Source of the DNA: Candidatus Omnitrophota bacterium
GTDB lineage: Bacteria; Omnitrophota; Omnitrophia; Omnitrophales; Aquincolibacteriaceae
Reading direction: 5' to 3'
DNA: 64,000 nucleotides
Assembly: GCA_903856085.1 (NCBI GenBank)
Contig: CAIOAT010000013.1
Coordinates: forward strand, 39,430-103,429
Shown: piece after piece, positions 28,802 to 38,204 of the stretch
Layout of the letters: every line of letters starts with the position of its first letter
Position numbering within the stretch: the stretch's first letter is position 1
Made by a program: the position numbers and the translations under genes
The notes under the pieces: generated by a model
What the model saw: only the letters and a program-made list of their open reading frames with translations
Database searches by the model: none
What the model was told of the DNA's origin: nothing

Positions 28802-29941
28802 TTACTTTTTCGGGAGAAGCGCAGGGAGTGAAATAAAAAAGGTCGTCCCTTTACCTTCCAAAGATTCAAATCCGACCTTCCCTTTTAAGTATTGCTCCGT
28901 AAAAAGTTTTACACTGTAAGTCCCAAGACCGCGACCCGGGCCCTTGGTACTGAAAGAACGCTGGAACACCTGATGCTGGACCTCTTCGGTCATGACAGCG
29001 GGGCCGTTCACTGAGAATATTTTTTTTCCAGCCTCCTCCCTGAATGCCACCTTGACTGTTCCTTGCTCGGGAGTCGCTTCCAGGGCGTTTTTCACGAGAT
29101 TGCCCAGCACGCGCCAGAGAAGATTGACATCTGTGGTGATCCTGGCGGAAAGATCCGGACACTGCAACAGAATCGTTTTCTTCTTGGCCTGAGGGCTTTG
29201 CTTGTAGCGCTCGACAAGTTCCTGGAGAATGGAGCCGATCTCAATATCCTGAAGGTCCGGCGTGTACTGGCCCTCTTCCGCAAGGAGCAGATCCCTCTGT
29301 TCCGTAATGGCATTGTCCAGCCGCTTGCTGAAGCGGAAAATTTCTTCGACCGCCGCGGTATCGGTCGGGATAATGCCATCGCGAACATTCTCGGTGTAGG
29401 CCTTCAAGATGGCTGTATCGTTCAAGATATCATGAAAAAAAACGTGTTCCAGGGCCGCGCGTCGTTTTTCGTCCTGTATATTTCTTATTAAAAAAAACGT
29501 GAAAGGGATTTTTTCGATTTCCACAGGAGAGGCCCACACACGCAGATCCAGGGAAGCTTGCCCTGATGGAGCATTGACCGTAATGCGGCATTCTCCGGAC
29601 TGGGCTTTCCCTGTCTGAGCGATCAGAATGGCATTCACTGCACCGCACTCGCGACAGAATTCCGAAGTCCCGCAGCCCGCTTTTTCCTTAAAAGCATTAA
29701 CACAGTTGAATATTTCTCCCGGACGTTTTCCGACGATCGTCTCTTGGGATTTCAGTGCGAGGGTCTGCAGAAGCTCCCTGTTGCAATAGATGGCCTGACG
29801 ATTCTTGTCGAGGATCAGAACGATTTCGGGATAGAGGTTCAGGACTTTTGAGAAAACCTCCGATCGGACGATCGTCTGAGTCTCTTGGGCGATCTCATGA
29901 TCATTGGACCTTACCGGGGATGCGAATTTGGTTCCTTCCAT
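28802..29941 (-). CDS. cytoplasmic PAS-domain histidine kinase with a Cys cluster
   Basis: PAS with C-x9-CGTSEFCREC; FFHDILN H-box; NLVKNALE; GRGLG. Confidence 0.88.
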   Translation of the reverse strand: MEGTKFASPVRSNDHEIAQETQTIVRSEVFSKVLNLYPEIVLILDKNRQAIYCNRELLQTLALKSQETIVGKRPGEIFNCVNAFKEKAGCGTSEFCRECGAVNAILIAQTGKAQSGECRITVNAPSGQASLDLRVWASPVEIEKIPFTFFLIRNIQDEKRRAALEHVFFHDILNDTAILKAYTENVRDGIIPTDTAAVEEIFRFSKRLDNAITEQRDLLLAEEGQYTPDLQDIEIGSILQELVERYKQSPQAKKKTILLQCPDLSARITTDVNLLWRVLGNLVKNALEATPEQGTVKVAFREEAGKKIFSVNGPAVMTEEVQHQVFQRSFSTKGPGRGLGTYSVKLFTEQYLKGKVGFESLEGKGTTFFISLPALLPKK

Positions 29942-29993
29942 AACAATTCCCCTCCTTTCTACGTCTCTACGTCGCCGTTCATGAAAAAAAATA

Positions 29994-30359
29994 CTACGGC
30001 TTGGGCGATTTATTATAAGACTTGTCGAAATCCTGCCACTGCTGCTGCACCTGCTTCTGAATCTGCTGGGTTTTTTCCTGGAGTTGTTTGGCCAGAACAT
30101 CCCATTGTTGCTGAAGCGTTTTTAAAGTCTCCTGGGCATCCGCTTCCATCTTTTTAGAAGTCTCCGAGACTTTCATCGCCCCTGTCGAAAAACTCTCGTC
30201 GGCAGTACCCTTCAGCTCCCGAGCTACCTCACCCGCTTGTCCTCCAAGACTTTGTAACGCGGCTTGCATGTCAGGAGACGTCTGATCCTCCGTCGCATAA
30301 CCCACCCCCGCTGAGACCACCATTATCACAAACACCATGATTAGTATCTTGCTCTTCAT
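29994..30359 (-). CDS. exported coiled-coil hypothetical protein
   Basis: Signal peptide followed by a Gln-rich amphipathic helix. Confidence 0.7.
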   Translation of the reverse strand: MKSKILIMVFVIMVVSAGVGYATEDQTSPDMQAALQSLGGQAGEVARELKGTADESFSTGAMKVSETSKKMEADAQETLKTLQQQWDVLAKQLQEKTQQIQKQVQQQWQDFDKSYNKSPKP

Positions 30360-30403
30360 AATTCCCCCCGGGTTGAGCTGCGCTCCGTACACCGTACGAT
30401 GTA

Positions 30404-31207
30404 CTAGCTTTTATAATATTTCTCTGCCTCGGGAATTTCTTTTTGAATGTCTGCAATCCGGCGCGCGTTCGCGGGATGGGTGGAAAGTAATTCCGGAGGT
30501 TTCGCTCCGCCCAAAGAACTCATCCTTTCCCAAAAAACAACCGCCGTTTTGGGGTCATAACCCGCCCGGGCCATAAGCACCAACCCGATATGGTCGGCTT
30601 CGGACTCGTGACTCCGACTGTAGGGCAAGAGGATCCCGACCTGCGAGCCAGCACCATAGGCCTGCATCAGGATCTGCTGGGCCAAGGCCGGCTTTGTTTT
30701 CGTGAGCTGCGCGAGCCCCATACCGCCCGCCTGGACTAGAAGCTCCTGGCTCATGCGCTCACCGCCATGATTCGCGAGGGCGTGCGCCACTTCATGGCTC
30801 ATGACGGTCGCCAGGCCATTCTCATCTTTCACGGCCGGCAAAATCCCTGTGTAGACCACGATCTTTCCGCCCGGCATACAGAACGCATTCACAGTTTTGT
30901 CATCCTGAATAAGATTGAATTCCCATTTGTAGTTCTTGAGGTCCTTTTCCATGCCGTTCTCACGCATAAAAGTCTCTGCCGAACCCGCGATCTTTTGGCC
31001 GACCTCCGTGACCTTTTGATTCCATGACGCGTCGGTCGAAACCTTGGACTGGCTCAGGACTTGCTTGTAATTTTGATCGCTCAGGCTCAAGAGTTCGCCT
31101 TGGGGAATAAAGGAAAGCTGTCTGCGGCCCGTGATCGGGACCGTGGAACAGCCGATGAAAAATAACAGGATTGCGAGGCGGGATATTCTTCTCATAAACA
31201 TCTCCAT
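30404..31207 (-). CDS. M48 family metallopeptidase lipoprotein
   Basis: Lipobox FIGC; NAFCMPGG, HEVAH, ESEAD, STHP. Confidence 0.93.
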   Translation of the reverse strand: MEMFMRRISRLAILLFFIGCSTVPITGRRQLSFIPQGELLSLSDQNYKQVLSQSKVSTDASWNQKVTEVGQKIAGSAETFMRENGMEKDLKNYKWEFNLIQDDKTVNAFCMPGGKIVVYTGILPAVKDENGLATVMSHEVAHALANHGGERMSQELLVQAGGMGLAQLTKTKPALAQQILMQAYGAGSQVGILLPYSRSHESEADHIGLVLMARAGYDPKTAVVFWERMSSLGGAKPPELLSTHPANARRIADIQKEIPEAEKYYKS

Positions 31208-31294
31208 GCGGATAAAGAAGCTAGGGTTAAAAGCATTCCTTACTACGGAGTGATATTATACAATAAGGTCTGTGCAATGGAGGACAAAATTCGA

Positions 31295-32644
31295 ATGCAT
31301 TTCGCGCCAAAGCAGAATTCGTTCCTTTGCTTTTTCCTCACCCTCGCCGTCGCCTTTTCCGGCTGCGTCCGGTACCGACCCCATCCCATGGAAAACGCCT
31401 CCTTCATGGAGCGGAAGCAGACCCAGACCCAGGGCAAACTAACCGTGACCGTCGCGGTCTTGAGTGACAAGGAAAGTAAGCAACTCTTTGGCGTGGCGCT
31501 GGCCAAGAAAGGCATCCAGCCTGTCTGGATCGAGATTGAGAACCTGGACACAATCCTCTATTTCTTTATCCCTAGGAATCTGGACCCGAACTATTATTCC
31601 GCAGGAGAGGCAGCCTACATGGCCCACTACAGGCAGGGGAAACAATTCCTTGAGGCGGGATTGGTCGGGATCATTTTTTTTCCGTTGCTCGCCCTAATCC
31701 CGATTTCTTTCTTCAGAGCCCGTTCTGCCAATAAAAGAATGGACGCTCTTTTCAACAAGCTCTCGCTACCAAGCCATGTCGTCATGCCAGGGGCTAAAAA
31801 AGCGGGATTCGTTTTCGTCTCGGTCGATGAAGGCACAAAACATGTCCGTCTGGACTTGATCGGTGACAAAGAGGCGCACACCACGTTCGATTTTGTGGTG
31901 CCAATCCCGGGAATGAAACCCGACTATACGACCAAAGATTTCGAGGCCCGTTATCCCGGCAAGGCGATCGTGAATTACGATGAGAAAAAATTGATCAAGG
32001 CGCTGACGGAACTTCCTTGCTGCACGACGAACAAAAAGGGAACGAAGAACGGAGACCCGCTCAACCTGGTGGTGGTCGGAGAGTTGGAGGACCTTGTGAC
32101 GATCTTCACTTCCGCCAGATGGGATGAAACCCGGGAGCTGTCATTCAAATCGGGACTGGCTATGGCCAAGGCATTCATCACCGGCTCAAGCGACCGATAT
32201 TCCCCCATCAGTCCTCTTTACTATGACGGACATCCGCAGGATATCGCATTCCAGAAATCCCGGGACACCATCAACCAGCGGCTTCATCTGCGCCTGTGGT
32301 ACACCCCCATGCGCTACAGGACAAAACCTGTTTGGGTCGGGACCATCAGCCGCGATATTGGAGTGAAATTCACTTGGTCGACCTGGTACATGACCACGCA
32401 CAAGATCGACCCGAATCTGGATGATGCGCGAAACTATCTTTTGGCGGACCTGGCGGAAGTACAAAAAGTTTCGCAGTATGGTTTTACCGACAATGTGGCG
32501 CTTGAACGCTCCACAAAACCCAAAAAAAATCTTACCGGAGACCCCTACACCACGGACAACCGCCGGCTTGCGATCGAGCTTTCGAATGAAGACGCCCTGC
32601 CCGTCACTTTCTCCTGGAATAATTTGATCCAGGAAGAGAAATAG
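31295..32644 (+). CDS. lipoprotein with LssY-like C-terminal domain
   Basis: Lipobox FSGC; GDPLNL, RLHLRLW, WVGTISRDIG, THKIDPNLDDAR. Confidence 0.8.
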   Translation: MHFAPKQNSFLCFFLTLAVAFSGCVRYRPHPMENASFMERKQTQTQGKLTVTVAVLSDKESKQLFGVALAKKGIQPVWIEIENLDTILYFFIPRNLDPNYYSAGEAAYMAHYRQGKQFLEAGLVGIIFFPLLALIPISFFRARSANKRMDALFNKLSLPSHVVMPGAKKAGFVFVSVDEGTKHVRLDLIGDKEAHTTFDFVVPIPGMKPDYTTKDFEARYPGKAIVNYDEKKLIKALTELPCCTTNKKGTKNGDPLNLVVVGELEDLVTIFTSARWDETRELSFKSGLAMAKAFITGSSDRYSPISPLYYDGHPQDIAFQKSRDTINQRLHLRLWYTPMRYRTKPVWVGTISRDIGVKFTWSTWYMTTHKIDPNLDDARNYLLADLAEVQKVSQYGFTDNVALERSTKPKKNLTGDPYTTDNRRLAIELSNEDALPVTFSWNNLIQEEK

Positions 32645-32723
32645 CTTAAAACGTCCAAGATCACGGGGCTGTTTCGCTGAAAAGTGCGACGCATCACGCC
32701 CTCTCCGTCGTATCCCTGAAGAC

Positions 32724-32759
32724 AAAAAAACCCCGCTGGCCGAAGCCAACGGGGTTTTT
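32724..32759. terminator. bidirectional intrinsic terminator
   Basis: A7-CCCCGCTGGC-CGAA-GCCAACGGGG-T5 between convergent genes. Confidence 0.88.
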
Positions 32760-32779
32760 CTTAGTTCCAGTTGTGGTTC

Positions 32780-32980
32780 TTAGATCTTCACAACGTTGGA
32801 GGCTTGTTCGCCCTTGGGACCGTGGGTCACTTCAAATTCGACCGCTTGGCCTTCTTCCAAAGACTTGTATCCCTCACCCTGAATAGCGGTGTGATGCACG
32901 AACACATCAGCGCCACCCTCACGGGAGATGAATCCATAGCCCTTTGAGTTGTTAAACCACTTCACTTTACCTTGTACCAT
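32780..32980 (-). CDS. csp: cold-shock protein
   Basis: GKVKWFN, KGYGFI (RNP1), VFVH (RNP2); AAAGGAG SD. Confidence 0.97.
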   Translation of the reverse strand: MVQGKVKWFNNSKGYGFISREGGADVFVHHTAIQGEGYKSLEEGQAVEFEVTHGPKGEQASNVVKI

Positions 32981-33191
32981 GGTTGATATTGCTCCTTTCA
33001 CTAGAATTATAGTAACGCATGACAAGTTCAACCTTCACTACGGTAAAAACATCAACCTGGTGCAGTTGGAACTAGCCCGCTTTGTTGTCCCCATCCGGGG
33101 AGTTCGAAACAGGGTAAAAACAAAAAACCGCAAGGCAAACATACGACCTTGCGGTACACATCATGTTCTACCTCTTGCTTACTACGGGAGA

Positions 33192-33220
33192 ACTATGCCC
33201 TATGGCGTACCGTTTGTCAA
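33192..33220 (-). promoter_or_regulatory. sigma70 promoter for csp
   Basis: TTGACA-17 nt-CATAGT. Confidence 0.55.
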
Positions 33221-33326
33221 ATTTTATTTTGAAGAGCCCCCGGAAGGCCTTTGCCATTCCCTAGGTATCGTATAGAATAATCCCTCTTTTAAAACACACG
33301 TTCTTATCTCTTAGAAAGGATCCTTT

Positions 33327-33899
33327 ATGCCCCAGATCTCAGCCAATGACCTGGAAAAGAAACTTTACCTCGAAGTAGACGGCCAGCCGTATTTCGTGCT
33401 TGATGTCAAATTCGCAACGCCTTCCGCGCGCGGGGCTTCCACCATGGTCAAGGCCAAGGTTCGCAATCTCTTGAACGGCGCGGTGCAGGACAAGACCTTC
33501 AAGACAAGCGAAAAATTCGAGGTTCCCGACGTGGAGAAAGTTCCCGCGGTTTTCCAATATGTCCAGGGAACGACGTATCACTTCATGGATAACGTCGCCT
33601 ACGAGGAATTCATGCTTACGGCGGAAAAACTCGGTGAGCAAAAATTCTACCTAAAAGAGAACCAGGAAATGCTGGCCCTGAAACTGAACGGCGTGGTGGT
33701 TTCTCTGGAACTGCCGGTTTATGTCGAACTCGCCATCGCGGAGACCGATCCCTCGATCAAAGGAGCTTCCATTTCAGGCCGTTCCACCAAAAAAGCGAAG
33801 CTTGAAACAGGACTCGAAGTGCAGGCGCCGCTCTACGCGGAAATAGGAACGATCATGCGGGTGAATACCGAGACCGGCGAAGTATCCGGCCGGGCTTAA
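33327..33899 (+). CDS. efp: elongation factor P paralog (EfpL/YeiP-type loop)
   Basis: EF-P architecture (YHFMD, KKAKLETG, VNTETG); tip loop TPSARGAST. Confidence 0.9.
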   Translation: MPQISANDLEKKLYLEVDGQPYFVLDVKFATPSARGASTMVKAKVRNLLNGAVQDKTFKTSEKFEVPDVEKVPAVFQYVQGTTYHFMDNVAYEEFMLTAEKLGEQKFYLKENQEMLALKLNGVVVSLELPVYVELAIAETDPSIKGASISGRSTKKAKLETGLEVQAPLYAEIGTIMRVNTETGEVSGRA

Positions 33900-33950
33900 C
33901 GGTCAACCTCCGCCCTTCCGGATTCTTCAAATAAGGTTTTTTGCCTCTTC

Positions 33951-34181
33951 CTACTGCACACCCATCCCGGCATCAGCAGGGGCATCGGCCATCGGCAAGT
34001 TCTCGGGAGCTCTCTCACCAGGCGTGGAATCCGAATCGCCTTCAAAAGCCGAAGGATCCGAGTCATTCTCTTCGGCCTGGCTGTCGATCTCTGCAACTCC
34101 CCTCTCGGCATAAAGCGCCGGAGTACCCATCAACGCGACGAGGAAAAACACCAAAAGCCCATAAATCATTTTTTCCTTCAA
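33951..34181 (-). CDS. small exported acidic hypothetical protein
   Basis: AGGAGG SD, TTG start, signal peptide, acidic disordered tail. Confidence 0.6.
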   Translation of the reverse strand: MKEKMIYGLLVFFLVALMGTPALYAERGVAEIDSQAEENDSDPSAFEGDSDSTPGERAPENLPMADAPADAGMGVQ

Positions 34182-34198
34182 GATATCCTCCTTTTGTT

Positions 34199-34762
34199 TT
34201 ACGACGCCCTGCTGGACTGACGATACGCATTAAATGAACTGACATCTTCTAAAAGCTTTCTTGTTTTAGGGACGATCTTGTCTTCCGCCGGATAACCGAG
34301 AGAGATCACAATATCGATCTTCTTATTTTTTGAGATCTTCATTTCTTCCTTCAAAGCCTTTTCATCAAACCATCCGATCCAACAGCTCCCGATCCCGAGT
34401 TCCTGGGCCTGCAGGATCAAATGCTCGCAAGCGATCCCTATATCCACGAGACAATACCGCGTGTCCCGGACCTGCCCCCCGAACGAGGCCAGGAATTGCT
34501 CTTTTTCCGAAACAACCGCGACAAGGACCGGCGCTTCTTTGGCGAATTTATTCATCGAATAAAGCCCGGAAAAGATCCGCTCCGCCACACGTTTCCGAAG
34601 CCCCGGTTCGTCGATCATGATGAAATGCCATGGCTGGGAATTGCATCCCGAGGGCGCAAGCCGCGCGGCCTCGATGCATTTCAGAAGATCTTCCTTCGCG
34701 ATCGGTCGTTCAGAATACCGCCGCACACTCCGCCGTTGATGAACCAGCTCTGTAAAGGTCAT
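34199..34762 (-). CDS. nitroreductase family protein
   Basis: RRSVRRY, APSGCNSQPWHF, GIGSCWIG. Confidence 0.93.
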   Translation of the reverse strand: MTFTELVHQRRSVRRYSERPIAKEDLLKCIEAARLAPSGCNSQPWHFIMIDEPGLRKRVAERIFSGLYSMNKFAKEAPVLVAVVSEKEQFLASFGGQVRDTRYCLVDIGIACEHLILQAQELGIGSCWIGWFDEKALKEEMKISKNKKIDIVISLGYPAEDKIVPKTRKLLEDVSSFNAYRQSSRAS

Positions 34763-35922
34763 TTCGCCCCAGAAATATCGATAAGCCTCTGGATCACTTC
34801 TTCAACCAAACGATTGGGCGTAGACGCCCCAGCCGTAACACCCACCTTGATCTCCCCCGCCGGAAGCCAGCCCGAAGTTTCAAGAACCTCCTGAGCGCCG
34901 ATCTTCTTATGCCGGATCTTCTCGCCTGAGAGAATCGAAGACGCATCTTCCACATGGTAGGCCGGACAAAATTCCGAAGCGATCTCCGCCAGATGGCCTG
35001 TATTGCTCGACTTGTAACCCCCGATCACAAGAATGACATCCATTTTTTTCTCACCCAGTTTACGGATCGCGTCCTGCCGGTCCTGCGTCGCGGAACAGAT
35101 CGTGTCAAAATGACGGAAACGATTCGAAAGTTCGGCCTGACCGTAGCGAGCCCCGAGAGCCAAGCGCAACATTTCTGAGATCTCGATCGATTCTCGCGAC
35201 AACATCGTCGTCTGGTTCGCAAACCCGATCTTTCCAAGATCCTTGTCCGGATGAAACCCCTCCGAACAAGCGTCCTTAAAAGCCATAAGGAACGAATCCC
35301 GGGTCCCGAATCCCGCGATATAGTCACAAACCTGTTTCGCCTGATCTTTATTCTTCACCACCAGATATTTTGCGGCCCGCGAACAAGTTGCGCGCGTCTC
35401 CTCGTGGTCATATTTGCCGTGGATCACAGACGTGAATCCATCCTGGCTGTAAGATTCCACCCGACGCCACACGCTCATCACGGACCCACAGGTCGTATCC
35501 ACGATCACGCAACCTTTTTTCTGAAATTCTCTTAGCGCTTCGACCGGCACCCCGAAAGCAGGCATGATGACCACATCTTTTTCGGTAATCTCAGAACGCG
35601 AAGCGTCGTCGATAAGGATCTTCACGCCCATCCCCTGCAGCTCCGCGTTCACGCGCGGGTTGTGAATGATTTCGTTGGTGAGAAAAATACGCCGGTCCGG
35701 AAAACGCGCGCGGGTCTCATAGGCAAACTCGACGGCACGCTCCACGCCGTAGCAAAAACCAAACTCTTTTGCCAGGCGGATCTCAAGCCGCCCTGTTCTC
35801 AGCGAGAATCCTGCCGTGCGGATCTTATCGATAAGAGGACTGTGATAGCTTTGATCGAGCTGATGCTGGACGATCCCTTTAATCCCGAAACTTGCGCGGA
35901 ATGTCTTTTCGGGTTCGGTCAT
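34759..35922 (-). CDS. ispH: 4-hydroxy-3-methylbut-2-enyl diphosphate reductase
   Basis: FGFCYGV, IIHNP, DTTC, NQTT, TICSATQDRQ, SSNT, TAGASTP. Confidence 0.96.
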   Translation of the reverse strand: MTEPEKTFRASFGIKGIVQHQLDQSYHSPLIDKIRTAGFSLRTGRLEIRLAKEFGFCYGVERAVEFAYETRARFPDRRIFLTNEIIHNPRVNAELQGMGVKILIDDASRSEITEKDVVIMPAFGVPVEALREFQKKGCVIVDTTCGSVMSVWRRVESYSQDGFTSVIHGKYDHEETRATCSRAAKYLVVKNKDQAKQVCDYIAGFGTRDSFLMAFKDACSEGFHPDKDLGKIGFANQTTMLSRESIEISEMLRLALGARYGQAELSNRFRHFDTICSATQDRQDAIRKLGEKKMDVILVIGGYKSSNTGHLAEIASEFCPAYHVEDASSILSGEKIRHKKIGAQEVLETSGWLPAGEIKVGVTAGASTPNRLVEEVIQRLIDISGAK

Positions 35923-35932
35923 GAGGACTTTC

Positions 35933-36934
35933 TTAAGAGGAAGTGATCTTACGGACTGTCACGCCCGCTTGCTCAAGCAGCTTGAGGGAGATCTCCAGGA
36001 AAGGATAATTACCCTGAAAAACGACTTCGCCGATCCCGGAATTAATGATCATCTTGGTACACATCAGACAGGGAGAAAAAGTTGTGTAAAGCGTGGCGCC
36101 TTTGACACTCACGCCGTGATAGGCCGCCTGCACAATTGCGTTCTCCTCGCCATGCGAGCAGAGACATTCTCCGAGATCTTTTCCGGAAGCATCAATCGCG
36201 TTGCAACGAGGGCAACCGCCGTCACTGCAATTCTTGATCCCCCGAGGCGTTCCATTGTAGCCGGTCGAAATGATGCGTTTGTCTTTGACGATGACGGCGG
36301 CGATCTTCCGCTTCATGCAGTTGGCACGCATGGCCACGACCTTGGCGATATTCATGAAATACTCATCCCAGCCTGGCCGCGGAGCCTTTTGAGCAAGATC
36401 AAGAAAGATCGACTTCACCTTCTCATGCATTTCCTTCAGCGGCCCGTTGTTATCCACCTGAAGATCCGCCAAAGCGATCGTTTGATCGAGCTGTTGGTCG
36501 GTTTGGCTCGCACTTTTCGCTTCCTTGACCTCAAGCGCCTGAAAATCCTCCCACACCCGCGGATCGTTCTCCCGGCCACGCTGTTTGAGGCGTTCGAAAC
36601 GAAGCCGTTCCGGAGCATGGACGCGAACGAGAGTGAAATCACGGCGACGACGGAAGACCTGGACCTCGGAAGGATGGCGAATGGAATCAATCACATAATT
36701 TTTTTCGGGATCCAGCTTCGCGAAGATCCGTTCGGCCAGGCAGCCCGGTCCTTCTTTTTCGCGCAGCTCATTGCCGAGCGCGACGAGCACATCACGCGCG
36801 ATCTCCTGACCCCGTTTCTTGGCCTCCTCCCGGAGCGCGTCGGAAAGCGAATAGTAATGAAAGCCTCGGTCTTTTAGAAAATTCGCCGCCTCCCCTTTTC
36901 CCGATCCGTTCTTGCCTGTCAGTCCAATGATCAT
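35933..36934 (-). CDS. P-loop kinase-like domain fused to dCMP deaminase
   Basis: IIGLTGKNGSGK Walker A; RPGWDEYFM, TGYNGTP, HGEENA, PCLMC. Confidence 0.9.
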   Translation of the reverse strand: MIIGLTGKNGSGKGEAANFLKDRGFHYYSLSDALREEAKKRGQEIARDVLVALGNELREKEGPGCLAERIFAKLDPEKNYVIDSIRHPSEVQVFRRRRDFTLVRVHAPERLRFERLKQRGRENDPRVWEDFQALEVKEAKSASQTDQQLDQTIALADLQVDNNGPLKEMHEKVKSIFLDLAQKAPRPGWDEYFMNIAKVVAMRANCMKRKIAAVIVKDKRIISTGYNGTPRGIKNCSDGGCPRCNAIDASGKDLGECLCSHGEENAIVQAAYHGVSVKGATLYTTFSPCLMCTKMIINSGIGEVVFQGNYPFLEISLKLLEQAGVTVRKITSS

Positions 36935-37533
36935 AAAGTTCCTTTTGGAAGATGGATCCAAAAATCAGGAGAGTAGAAACGCTGATCGCCCGCGTGCCGT
37001 TCCACAAAAACAAGATGATGCGCGTTCTTGCCATCTTTTACTTCAGGCAATGCAGCGATCTCTCGAAGGTTCTCTCCATGTTTCCCGGCCGGAGGCCTTA
37101 TAAAACCCACGGACTGTTTCTCCAGGCGGAAGGCCGCCTCTTCAATGTCATCCACGCGAAGCGCCATGGCATAAGGCTTTTTATCTCCAAAATGCGCGAC
37201 CCAATCCAGCCCGGACTTTTCATGGGGATGTTCGACCAGGATCGCCGGAGCACAGCCCCTGCGTAAAACCTCTACGCCATGCCCTTTATGCTCAAGGACT
37301 TTGGCAGCGGGATCTCGTTCATACCCCATCTCGAGAAATTCATTCGCCCTCTCTTTGAGGTGAATGGTGCGAAAAATAAAATGGTCCAGAATGGGACGGA
37401 CCCCGATCCCAACAAGCGACAAACCGCGCGTCACAACCCGGACCGCAGTATTCTCCACAGCAAGATCTGCGGCATATTGCTTCAGGATCTGTTCCATGAG
37501 GGCGGGGTCTTTACAGCCGGGAGCAGATGACAT
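36931..37533 (-). CDS. VOC/glyoxalase-fold protein
   Basis: LDHFIFRT, MALRVDDIEEA, LVFVER; GAGGA SD before ATG at 37533. Confidence 0.7.
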   Translation of the reverse strand: MSSAPGCKDPALMEQILKQYAADLAVENTAVRVVTRGLSLVGIGVRPILDHFIFRTIHLKERANEFLEMGYERDPAAKVLEHKGHGVEVLRRGCAPAILVEHPHEKSGLDWVAHFGDKKPYAMALRVDDIEEAAFRLEKQSVGFIRPPAGKHGENLREIAALPEVKDGKNAHHLVFVERHAGDQRFYSPDFWIHLPKGTL

Positions 37534-37563
37534 CTTGAGTTCCTCATCGTTCAAAGACAAAGC

Positions 37564-37757
37564 TTGCCTGCCCCGGCGCGCAAGGCAGGCAAACCCAATT
37601 CTCTATCAAGAATCAAAGGTTAATTGGATTAGTCCTGGCAACCTTCAGTTAAAAGAAATAGATGTCAGGACAAACCCAATTCTCTATCAAAAATTTTAAA
37701 GCTTACTTGGACTAGCCCTGGCAGCCTTCATCCAAAAAAATAGATGCCGGGGCAAAC
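37564..37757. repeat. two diverged ~81-bp tandem units plus a TTGCCTGCC/GGCAGGCAA palindrome
   Basis: CAAACCCAATTCTCTATCAA identical at 37590 and 37671; remainder of the units aligns with substitutions. Confidence 0.85.
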
Positions 37758-37781
37758 GGGAAAAACCTATACGAGCTTACT

Positions 37782-38093
37782 CTACTTCAGCGTATTTCCG
37801 GGTTTTTTCGGGGCTTCATCCTTCGAACGAGGCGTTGCCTTGGCGTTGGACTTGAACTGGACTGAAAGATCCGCATTGATCTTGGCATAAGTCGGGTCCA
37901 TATCCTCAGATTCGACGATCGAGCCAACCGGACATTCCGCCGCACAAGCGCCGCATGAAATACAGGTCCCCGGATCGATCACCATAAAATCTTTCCCCTG
38001 ATACGTTCCTGGATAGATCGCTTCGGTGGGACAAACACCGGCGCAAAGACCGTAGCGTTCGCCGTGACATTTCTCAGTAATTACATAAGCCAT
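37782..38093 (-). CDS. 7Fe-type (3Fe-4S/4Fe-4S) ferredoxin
   Basis: MAYVITEKC-x7-CAGVCP and CISCGACAAECP; AAGGAG SD. Confidence 0.9.
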   Translation of the reverse strand: MAYVITEKCHGERYGLCAGVCPTEAIYPGTYQGKDFMVIDPGTCISCGACAAECPVGSIVESEDMDPTYAKINADLSVQFKSNAKATPRSKDEAPKKPGNTLK

Positions 38094-38204
38094 GCTGTGA
38101 TTCTCCTTAGTGGATGTTGGTTTTGAAAGAGGCCGTATTTTAACCGCTCCCCCTCCCAGCGTCAATGCTTTCAAACCCGCAACACCCCCTACGAGGTGGC
38201 GAGG

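Noticed and set aside
37590-37757. CRISPR array
   Set aside because: There are only two units, the would-be spacers are homologous to each other, and no cas genes are present.
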